Position numbers and translations under genes: made by a program. A stretch of 63,624 nucleotides of DNA, filler included, from Licmophora abbreviata (lineage: Eukaryota): assembly GCA_900291995.1 (NCBI GenBank). It is 10 parts of 10 records of this genome, joined end to end, with 100 filler letters (N's around TTAATTAATTAA, not from the genome) between each part and the next. Parts side by side here need not be neighbours in the genome. Positions count along the whole stretch, not along the records: positions 47,120 to 55,597 come from OLMU01004106.1; positions 55,698 to 58,153 come from OLMU01004107.1; 8 more parts are not named here. The stretch is one strand, 5' to 3'. Every line of letters starts with the position of its first letter. Within the stretch, counting starts at the first letter, position 1. Below, in pieces: positions 47,179-56,335 of the stretch. Below the pieces are notes generated by a model, which ran no database searches, was not told the DNA's origin, and saw nothing but the letters and a program-made list of their open reading frames with translations.

Positions 47179-48747
47179 ATGAAACCGAACAAGTTGATTC
47201 TCATTCCATGGTCGCTGTTGCTGCTCCATCTTCCTGACGCGGCCCAATCCTGGTCTTCAGCAGTCACAGCACACGGTCATGTCTCGACGACGACAACGGC
47301 GTGTTCGAACAACGATCGACGAAACGCCATGTCGGTGCTTCACATGTCCTTTCACAATAGGAGCCCCACAGCATCATCACGCCGCAAGAAAAACAAGAAA
47401 AGACGACTCGTGGTGGTCGGCGGGGGTATTGGCGGCCTATCATCTGCCTTTGATGCACGTCGCATGCTCCACGACGACGAAATCATTCTAGTGTCGGATC
47501 GCGAGCAATTCCAATTTACGCCCAGCAATCCGTGGGTTGCAACGCGGGCAAGAACCGAACAAGATATCTCCTTGAGTCTTACCAAGATTCTTTCCAAACA
47601 CCAAGGGATTGACTTTATTCATTCCGCCGTGACGCATCTCGATCCAGAGCAGCAGACGCTGACACTGAAGAATGGCAATTCCATCGAGTATGACTTTTTG
47701 CTGATCGCAACGGGACCACGACTGGCGTTTGAGGATATTCCTGGACTGGGACCGGAGAAGTACTCGACGAGTGTCTGTACGACACCTCATGCCAGCGAGG
47801 CGGCGGACGCCGTCGATCGATTGACATCGAGTCCAGGTCCTGTCGTGGTGGGGGCTGTTCAAGGCGCCTCGTGCTTTGGACCTGCCTATGAGTTTGCCTT
47901 GTTGCTACAGTTTGAGCTGGAGAAGAGGGGTGGAAGGGTGTTGGTGGATAAGTGTCCCATTACATTCGTCACGTCGGAGCCATACATTGGTCACCTCGGA
48001 CTCGGTGGTGCGGGGGAGTCGAAGAAGATACTCGAAAACCTCTTTGCCAAGAAGGGTATTGAGTGGTATACGAACTGCAAGGTCGATGAGCTTACCAGTG
48101 AGAGTGTCTCCATCGAGTACCTCATTGACGACGGAACGGCAATGAAGAAACGAAGCAAGACGATTCCGAGCAAGTTCAACATGCTGATTCCACCCTTCAA
48201 GGGAATGGACGTGTGGGGCTCTGTTCCGGGTCTGACCGATCCCAACGGGATGATTCTCATTGATCACCACCAGCAATCCACAGCATTCCCCAATATATTT
48301 GCAGTCGGAATTTGCGTCCATATGGATGCTTTGGAAGAGACTCCCATTCCCACCGGAGCACCAAAAACTGGTTATATGATTGAGTCCATGGGCACGGCCG
48401 CCATCAAGAACATTCGCAGTATGATTGACTATTTGGAGCTGCACGACGACGAGGACAACGCCAACTTGAAAGCCATCGAGCTTTGCAACAGACCTCTCTT
48501 GAACGGTCTTTGCATAACCGACTTTGGCAACGACGGTGCCATATTTCTGACGCTTCCTCAACTGCCACCGCGACGAACGGACATTACCATTGACGGAAGA
48601 GTGGCGACCTTGGCCAAGATTGCTTTTGAACAATACTTCTTGTACAAGATACGAACGGGTGATACGGATCCGTACTACGAAAAGTACATGCTCCATCTCA
48701 TTGGCGTCGATAGGACAGTGAAGGAGAAGTGCAAGGAGATTGGATGA
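47179..48747 (+). CDS. sqr: Sulfide:quinone oxidoreductase, bacterial type I (SqrA-like), with a bipartite plastid-targeting presequence
   Basis: VVVGGGIGG, FTPSNPWV, YDFLLIATGPRL, SVCTTPHA (C200), GASCFGPAYE (C232), FVTSEPYIGHLGLGG, PTGAPKTGYMIESM, LCITDFG (C445), AKIAFEQYFLYKIRTG..PYYEK; intronless and intact. Confidence 0.92.
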   Translation: MKPNKLILIPWSLLLLHLPDAAQSWSSAVTAHGHVSTTTTACSNNDRRNAMSVLHMSFHNRSPTASSRRKKNKKRRLVVVGGGIGGLSSAFDARRMLHDDEIILVSDREQFQFTPSNPWVATRARTEQDISLSLTKILSKHQGIDFIHSAVTHLDPEQQTLTLKNGNSIEYDFLLIATGPRLAFEDIPGLGPEKYSTSVCTTPHASEAADAVDRLTSSPGPVVVGAVQGASCFGPAYEFALLLQFELEKRGGRVLVDKCPITFVTSEPYIGHLGLGGAGESKKILENLFAKKGIEWYTNCKVDELTSESVSIEYLIDDGTAMKKRSKTIPSKFNMLIPPFKGMDVWGSVPGLTDPNGMILIDHHQQSTAFPNIFAVGICVHMDALEETPIPTGAPKTGYMIESMGTAAIKNIRSMIDYLELHDDEDNANLKAIELCNRPLLNGLCITDFGNDGAIFLTLPQLPPRRTDITIDGRVATLAKIAFEQYFLYKIRTGDTDPYYEKYMLHLIGVDRTVKEKCKEIG

Positions 48748-49163
48748 CAACGAATAGAGCAACATGTAGTTTCTGTTCATCGCCACAATCTACCAAATCA
48801 AGAACCATACATGATGGTAGCAATCGTGGTATTTCATATACACCATCAAGACAACAAGAGGTGACGTCTTCTTTTCAAAGGAGAGAGAGAGAGAGAGAGT
48901 TGATCTTGAACACGCTTGCTCTCCTGCAGTCGCCATCACAATCCACTCCGGCTCTAACCCTCTGTGCGAGTAATATTGTAACATTGTCACGACGAGCTTA
49001 TTGATTGTAACCCATAAGTCTATTAAGAAGCGTCCAGTGATGTGGTGTTTCCCACATGTGTGTGTGTGTGTGTTGGTCGTGTGTAACGAACGCCCACAAG
49101 ACATGCGGTCCTGAAATTAAAAAGACCGTCATGCCACACTTCCTACACACACTCTATTGCGTG

Positions 49164-50176
49164 CTATGTCAGGACACTACCCTCCTTGGGTGGCGTGGGT
49201 GGTACAAACGTCCCAGCCGCACTGCCTGACCGCCTGACATCGAATCGTTCCCCAATGTATCCACTCGACATGAAGTTCGGATTACTCCTACTATTCCTCC
49301 TCATATCACCGGGTCTTGTCATGAGATCGTTCGCATTCTCTTCCATAATGTCATGGACAGAGAGCCATGTGAGTGTGGCGAATCCAGCATACAAGATGGT
49401 GAGAAAGGCACACATGATACTAAAGGCCATGCTCCTCCGATCGACGGAAGAGTTGTTGTTGTCGTCGTCATTATAGGAATAATAGTCCCCGTCGGCGTCC
49501 TCGGGTTCTCCGTCGCGACGGTCGTAGTCTCGAATCTAGTAGTAAGAGTAGTGAGTAGTAGTAGTAGTAGTAGTAGAAGAAGAAGAGAGTATCCAGACAG
49601 AGGAGAACGTGGTCAGATACATAGAGGGACCGGTTGTATGCGCCCACTATGCTGTGTTCTATCAGCAGCAGCATCACGACGGATAGTACTCACTTGAAAC
49701 TCTCCAAAGAGTACAGCGCAGACCAGTGTGAGATTGGCAAACATGATGAGTGCCCCAATGAAGGATCCCAGTCCCAATTGCGTTGTTTGATGGACCGATG
49801 GCGAGCAGCACGTATAGTATTGTCCCGTGGGCGATTGAAATCCCAAAATGACCGTCCCAAAGACCCCAAGCAACAAGGCCACGACGGCCGTCCAGAGTGC
49901 CGTAAAGGCCATGGCTCTGGATGTGACGGCGACTTGCGGTTCACTGTTGTTATTATTGTTGTTTTGTTGCTGCTGCGTGTTGCTTGCATCGTCATCGTAG
50001 TAGTAATTATTAGTATTGTTGTTTGAATTCGTGTCTGCCGAAAAGGCAAAGGCTAGAGCAATCAAGAAGGCCAGGGCTGTCAAGCTCGTGACGATATTCC
50101 ATTGCAATGCCAACAAGCCTCTTTGAGAGGTGACAATCGAGCCACACAGTGAGGATGATGAAGAAGAAGACGGCAT
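49164..50176 (-). CDS. Hypothetical four-TM membrane protein
   Basis: Exon 50176-49694 (three TM helices), GT-AG intron 49693-49536 containing a (TAC)n microsatellite, exon 49535-49164 in frame (fourth TM helix). Confidence 0.65.
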
Positions 50177-50553
50177 GAGCAGAGCGGCGGTTGGGTGAGA
50201 CGCAGGGAAATGCTCTTGGACTGCATGTATGATATGATACTCGAGTATCGTAGTAGGCCAATGCCATCGCCGCGACACCGCCGGCTCCCCACACTGCCGC
50301 GCGCCTTGCGGGATTCTGTTTGTTGCACGACACGCTCGCAGCTGTCCTGTCGTACTTCCAGTATGAGTCAAACTGTAGGGGGCATTGGTCACAACGGATA
50401 AGGATGCTTTTTGAGTTTATGACGCTTTCTGGAGTCGGAGAAACGGAGATACTTCTCATCCATAGATGAGTTGTGCAGTGTATCGACATTCCGGATGCCA
50501 CTGTGTATCAGTCTTGCAACGAGAACAAAGAAGATACGCAATGACTGACGAGA

Positions 50554-52251
50554 ATGATCATGGGCTTGTGCTGTCGTCGTCCTTTTGCAGCTTCTTCGAG
50601 GCTTTCGCTGTTGCTGCTGCTGCTGTTGCATCTGCTGTGTCCCCTTGTATCCGCAAGCAGTGATACTGTACGACTGTCAACGAGCCGTCAATATCAGCAG
50701 CAGCAGCAGCAGCAAAAGAAGTATGCGTCTGTAGCGACTACAACGCAGTTGCTGCCAATGCACCGAACAAAGAAGAAGAAGAAGAAGAAGAGGACGATGG
50801 AAAGACCAGTTTTAGCAGCAGCAGCAACGGCACCCTCAGCAGCAGTGCGGACTACTACTGTCACTGCTTCGACTGCTACTACTATTCATACTCGTGGAGG
50901 TGCGGTCCAGACAAAGAAAACAGACGACCCCAATGACGACGACGACGACGACGACGACAAGACCAGCAAAAAGGCCAGTATTCCCAGCAGCATCTTTAAC
51001 TTAGTCAACAACGTCGCCGGGGCAGGCATTCTCACACTCTCCGCTGGCATGGCCGGAGGCACAGGATACGTCCCCGCCATTGCCGTCAGCAGTCTCTTGG
51101 CAGTCCTCTCCGCTCATACTTTTGAAATGATCGGTGAGGCCTGTGAATTGCTCCATCAAGACGACTTCAAGGGACTTTGGAGTCTCACGATTGGACCCAA
51201 GACTACCTACATTGTCGATGGGATGGTTGCTGTTCTCTGTTTGGCCGTCTGTGTTATCTACTCGGGCATTCTGGGGGATGTCTTTACGCCCCTCTTGGAC
51301 TCTACCGGAGTCGCAGCCAAGTACAATGCACGAACGTCCAATATCATTGTACTCACTCTGACACTCTTGTGGCCCATGAGCTTGATCAAGAATCTATCCA
51401 GACTGGCATTTACGTCCATACTGGGATTCGCTTCCATCATGTACACGGTCCTTTTTATTCTTATTCGAGCACTCGATGGCACCTACAGTCTCGGTACTAC
51501 CACCAGTTCTGCTGCCGTTCATGGCGTCGGACGTGTTGCGGGCAAGTTTGTCCATGATGCTACCATTGTCGCCCCTGCATTTTCCAAGACGTCCATGTGG
51601 AATATGGACTTTACATCGCTCGTATTGGCTTCCAACTTGGGACTCGCCTACATTGCTCACTACAATGCTCCCAGTTTCAAAAAGGCTCTCAAAGACAGTA
51701 CGACCAAACGATTTTCCACCATGGTTCGTACTTCCTTTGTCATTCTCGTTGTTCTCTACATAATGACCATGATTGCAGGATACACGACCTTTGGTGACGT
51801 CTGTCAAGGCAACCTGTTGCTCAATTACCATCCCAACGACGTCTTGTCGACACTGGGACGACTCACGACGGGCTTTAGTATTCTCTTTGGATTTCCATTG
51901 GTAGCATTCGGAGCCCGCGAAGGCATTGTCAATGCTGCAAGTAGTTTGGGGTGGAAACTGGAACGACATCATTTTTGGCTCGTCACGTGCATTTTGATAC
52001 TCGTCACGAGCATATCCACGACGGTACAGGATGTGTCGCTAGTGGTGGGTTTGACGGGAGCTGCGCTAGGGTCCTTTATTGTCTACATTTGTCCGGCTTT
52101 GATTTATACCAAGGCAGTGAAACTAAGCAAGGGTGGAGAAAGTTGTGAATACAAGAGAGCGAGACTGAATTTGGCGTTGATTCCATTTGGTGCAGCGATT
52201 GGTGGGTTGGGAGTGTACATGACACTCAAGGAAGCCCTTAGTGAATCGTAG
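50554..52251 (+). CDS. Amino acid transporter (Aa_trans/AAAP, SLC38-like) with an N-terminal signal peptide
   Basis: SIFNLVNNVAGAGILTL, AYIAHYNAP, GYTTFG..GNLLLNY, GLTGAALGS..YICPALIY; about 11 TM helices. Confidence 0.88.
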   Translation: MIMGLCCRRPFAASSRLSLLLLLLLHLLCPLVSASSDTVRLSTSRQYQQQQQQQKKYASVATTTQLLPMHRTKKKKKKKRTMERPVLAAAATAPSAAVRTTTVTASTATTIHTRGGAVQTKKTDDPNDDDDDDDDKTSKKASIPSSIFNLVNNVAGAGILTLSAGMAGGTGYVPAIAVSSLLAVLSAHTFEMIGEACELLHQDDFKGLWSLTIGPKTTYIVDGMVAVLCLAVCVIYSGILGDVFTPLLDSTGVAAKYNARTSNIIVLTLTLLWPMSLIKNLSRLAFTSILGFASIMYTVLFILIRALDGTYSLGTTTSSAAVHGVGRVAGKFVHDATIVAPAFSKTSMWNMDFTSLVLASNLGLAYIAHYNAPSFKKALKDSTTKRFSTMVRTSFVILVVLYIMTMIAGYTTFGDVCQGNLLLNYHPNDVLSTLGRLTTGFSILFGFPLVAFGAREGIVNAASSLGWKLERHHFWLVTCILILVTSISTTVQDVSLVVGLTGAALGSFIVYICPALIYTKAVKLSKGGESCEYKRARLNLALIPFGAAIGGLGVYMTLKEALSES

Positions 52252-52364
52252 AAAAATGACGAACGCTGTGATTTGGGCCGCCACAACGACAGCAAGAGCG
52301 ATAGAGACACTGCTATCATTAAAGTAGTACCGATTTTTCGATAGAGCACTCTGTAGCGACGCAA

Positions 52365-54110
52365 TCAGGACTCGCCGCTGTCTTGTAGTGTGCCATCTCC
52401 CCACCACGGAGTTCGAGCCTTGGCGCGTACACCTCCAAATAAAATTGCATGAGCCTGTAAGCCAATAGGAGCCGTCGGAATCCGACACTTTTGTAACGCC
52501 TGATCCATGCCCTCCTCATCCTCTTGCAAGCTCTCAAACGTATATCCTGCCATTGGCTCATACAACGTATCTCGAATAATGGGACACCCCAACGAGGCCA
52601 GTTGTGCGCGAACTTGATGCTTGCGACCCGTCACGAGGCGAATGGTGGTCTGGTAGTGTTGAACACCTGGGTCGGGATTGTACGTGTGCTTGTCTGGTTC
52701 GGCTTGTATATGAATAGGCTCACACTTGACAACCTCCAATGCACAGCGGGTCCAGAATTGCTTTACAAAACAAATAGAATAGTAGATAGCACAAGTGTGA
52801 GATTGGTCGCAACACTGGCTGTGTACCACAGGATACAACCGTCTTGCACATACCCTCGCTTTCCTCCGACTCTCCGGAGGCAAATGACTGACCAGCTGAC
52901 ACGGAGGTCCGCCAGTTCGCCCTCGCGCAGTCGTCTGAGGCGCCCACATCCAATGCAAGTGCATACCCACTGGCACAGGGTTCCGAGTGACGGCCAGGTA
53001 TACTTTCTTGAGCTGTCGTTTCCGTTGCAAGTCATGAAAGACTCTTTGACCATTTCGATCCTTACTCAAGACGACACATCCCCCCACACAGGCATCGGCA
53101 CGATGACACAACAACGGACGCGGTACGGGTTGACCGGTAATTGTCGTAAAGGGACCCAACAAGTCGTGCACACACCCCGGAAGGCACTCGTAATAGTTGG
53201 ACGCATCCGGCTGCGTCGGTAGCATCGGTGGCTTGTCCACCACTAGGAACGTCGTGTCTTCATACAACAGACTGTCTTGACCGTTGCCTATTTCGTAACA
53301 CGATGGAAAGCGCCGTGGCGAAGGATAGACGCGAATATCAGTTCCTGCCTCGACCGTACTGGCACTCAAGATTCTTCGATAGCGCTGTGACATCATTCTG
53401 TCCACGTAGTCTTCCAAGTCATCTTCGTCTTCGCCATCACCACTGTTGGATTTTTTGCTCCCAAAGTCAGAATACAAGACAGAAGTGGAACTCATAGCAC
53501 TTCCACCACTGTTTCCACTCATACTACTGCTATCCCACTCGTCGTATTGACTCAGTACATCTTCTTCAGTCAGTGTTTCCATACGCGCCCATACGGCACC
53601 AATCTCTACCAGTTCATTGGCTTCTTGGAGAGTCGTATTGGCAATTCGTGAGACTTCGAGATTCAACGGTCCAGTCCGTGCTGCCACTCCCTTGAGGGCG
53701 CGATGACGATGACGACGCGGAGGTGATAATGATGATGATGATTCATTCGCAGGAGAAGCAGCTTCGAGAGTACGAGTCGTTACGTCTTCCTTGTCTTGTT
53801 CCAATGTCATCCTCATCATGCTACTACTTCTTCTTCTTCTTTGGTGAAGACGAGACCATGATGACTCCACCGTCGAGGAGCAAGAGGTGATGCTGCATGC
53901 CGGATCGATGATGGGTGATTTTGATGGAGGACGATCACCGCGTTGACTACGTTGTATCACGGGATGAGAAGGAGTGACGAACGACCAGGCAGCTGAAAGC
54001 GTACCGAACAACACCAACAGAGTCACACTCATTGTATGAGAGTAGTACTCTGGCGGTCGCCGTCGCTTTCGAGTCTCAGTTCCGTGAAAGAAGAACGCCA
54101 TACTCGTCAT
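52365..54110 (-). CDS. RluA/RluD-family pseudouridine synthase, probably plastid-targeted
   Basis: VVDKPPMLPTQ, CHRAD (HRLD variant), KKVYLAV, LVTGRKHQVRAQLASLGCPIIRDTLY, GLQA; AWS-F presequence (start may be 54032); in-frame intron 52853-52761. Confidence 0.85.
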   Translation of the reverse strand: MTSMAFFFHGTETRKRRRPPEYYSHTMSVTLLVLFGTLSAAWSFVTPSHPVIQRSQRGDRPPSKSPIIDPACSITSCSSTVESSWSRLHQRRRRSSSMMRMTLEQDKEDVTTRTLEAASPANESSSSLSPPRRHRHRALKGVAARTGPLNLEVSRIANTTLQEANELVEIGAVWARMETLTEEDVLSQYDEWDSSSMSGNSGGSAMSSTSVLYSDFGSKKSNSGDGEDEDDLEDYVDRMMSQRYRRILSASTVEAGTDIRVYPSPRRFPSCYEIGNGQDSLLYEDTTFLVVDKPPMLPTQPDASNYYECLPGCVHDLLGPFTTITGQPVPRPLLCHRADACVGGCVVLSKDRNGQRVFHDLQRKRQLKKVYLAVTRNPVPVGMHLHWMWAPQTTARGRTGGPPCQLVSHLPPESRRKARVCARRLYPVVHSQCCDQSHTCAIYYSICFVKQFWTRCALEVVKCEPIHIQAEPDKHTYNPDPGVQHYQTTIRLVTGRKHQVRAQLASLGCPIIRDTLYEPMAGYTFESLQEDEEGMDQALQKCRIPTAPIGLQAHAILFGGVRAKARTPWWGDGTLQDSGES

Positions 54111-54423
54111 GCTGTCATGGTCGGAAGATGATGGATTGATGGGATTATTTCAGTATTTCAGTTTGTCTTGTTTATTTTCTTTGGAAAATACGTGGCTGGC
54201 ATTCGTCGTCATGGGTCAGTCTTGCTGTCGTACGTTTGAATCTACCCACGACTTGATGCCTCGTGACTGACTCTCAACACGAAAGCACTATTGACTCAAA
54301 ACCTTTTCCTTTCCCGCCCAACAAAAACATAACACAAAAAAACATCGTGAGTCGGTTGACACTTCAACCATGATATTGACGATGACGGAGAAGAAGGTAT
54401 CTTCCGTGACGAGAAACAGAAGG

Positions 54424-56218
54424 ATGAGGCAAGCAACGCTAGCAATGGTGCTTTTGTGTTTCGGGGCGCCCACGATGACCGATGCGTTCTCGTCGTTGCC
54501 ATCCGTATTCACATCTAAATTAAACCGACTGCCATCACCATCGGTAGTCGCGCCGCGGACCACTGATGATGCTGCGACACTCTTGCCGTTGTCCTCCAGG
54601 ACAACAAACAACAATAACAGCGACGACGATGACGAACTGTCCAAGTTGATTGGCAAGAGAGAGGAAATCAAGCGAAAAAAGAAAATTATTCCCGAAGAAG
54701 ACGTGGAACGCATGACCCTCGATGCACCACCCTCCTCTGCCGACCAGATTGACTTTGATTCCATGCCAGCGTTTAAAACAGAAAGACCCGTGAGACAATC
54801 CAAAAAGGGAAAGGAGACTAACAAAAACAGCAACAAAAAGGAAAAGGACTCTCAGAACAATCTAGACTTTCTTGCGGAATTCGACGACGAAAATGACCTG
54901 CACATTCCCAATCGAATCGGTGTCAGTACCATGAAATGGGGCGACCCGACTCATGGCTTTGTCAACGGTGGAAACTTACCAAAAAGCAGCGACGCCAAGG
55001 AAAATTCGTACCTGGTGACGTTCAAATGGCCTACAATACACTCTTGGAAAATGGTATTTCCTTTCTGGAAACCAGCGAGCTCTATGGGGCATCGTCTCGA
55101 TCGCAGACACTCTCGTCGGAGCACATTCTGTCTAGGTGCATGGAGGAGAATGATGCGTATAGTGCCATTGTGGCGGGCACCTTTTGTAATTCCTGGAAGA
55201 ATCTACTCAAGAATCGAGGTGTTAGACTGGGTGCCAACGGGGTATTCAACGCCATCGAAAAGAGTTGTGAGCGAATGGACACTTCGGGGGTAGAACTGTA
55301 TCAGATTGAAAGCACTCTCTTATATCCAGGGGGGAGAGGATCGCTTGCGGATGGCTTGGCCATGGCCATCGACAAGGGATACTGTAACTACATTGGAGTT
55401 AAGAATGTTGGGAAGATAGGAATGAGAGGATTTTCGCGGAAACTGGAAAGTCGTGGCTTGTCGCTCACGTCCAATCAGGTGAGTCTGGTACTGTGCTCTG
55501 GTGGTACCGGTAGTAGCATAGGGTGGCCGCCCCCGAAACATCTTCTCACGTTGACCCGACTCACGACGATGCCACCCTCAACACCCCTCTTTTGTAGNNN
55601 NNNNNNNNNNNNNNNNNNNNNNNNNNNNNNNNNNNNNNNNNTTAATTAATTAANNNNNNNNNNNNNNNNNNNNNNNNNNNNNNNNNNNNNNNNNNNNACG
55701 ATGCCACCCTCAACACCCCTCTTTTGTAGTTCGAATTCAGTCTCACGAATCGAAAGGCGTTGAAGTCAGGTTTGATTGATGCCTGCAAGAATCTCGGGGT
55801 GATTCCTCTTGCTCGAGCTCCATTGGACGGTGGCTTGGCCTCGGGCAAGTATACCGCGACGAATCCTAGTGGTGGCGAAGCAGGTGGGGCCGCCAAGTAC
55901 ACCTTTGCAAAGCTGGAAAAACTGCAGCCTCTCCACAGTGTTCAGGAGACTGTTGCAGAACGAGCGAGTACGAGAGTACGACGAGAGCTGCGGGACGTAC
56001 AAGAACGAATGCGACGCTTTGGTCCAGCGCCCAAGGTCAACACCGATATCACCACAACACAAGTGGCCATCAACTATATCATTGCAAAGGGAGCAGTGCC
56101 CCTGTGCGATGTTACGGACTCGAAGCAGGCTCGGGAGGTGATAGGATGTTTGGGCTGGAGCTTGTCGGAGGATGAGGTCGATATGCTGGACTCCGCAGCG
56201 TCGCTTTGTGGGTTGTAA
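54424..56218 (+). CDS. Aldo/keto reductase family protein, plastid-targeted; frameshift at 54972-54974, intron spans a false gap
   Basis: TDA-F presequence; GISFLETSELYG, SCERM..VELYQI, IGVKN, SNQ/FEFSL, PLDGGLASGKY, QVAINYIIAKGAVP, CLGWSLS. Confidence 0.8.
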
Positions 56219-56335
56219 TAGTCTGAGTCTGACGACTAGTGGTGGGTAAGTTGGCTAGTGCGGACACACCGCATCCAATAAAATAGATTGACGTTGATCG
56301 CCATGTCGTCCCTAGCTGTACAATTAAAGTAAGAT

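Noticed and set aside
47179..48747. SQR as bacterial contamination or as NDH-2/AIF
   Set aside because: It has a eukaryotic presequence and is contiguous with intron-containing genes. The three SqrA cysteine motifs are present and the second NADH-binding GxGxxG is absent.
55566..55729. Direct repeats flanking gaps as target-site duplications or LTRs
   Set aside because: They are overlapping contig ends, and no transposase or reverse transcriptase is seen in the window.
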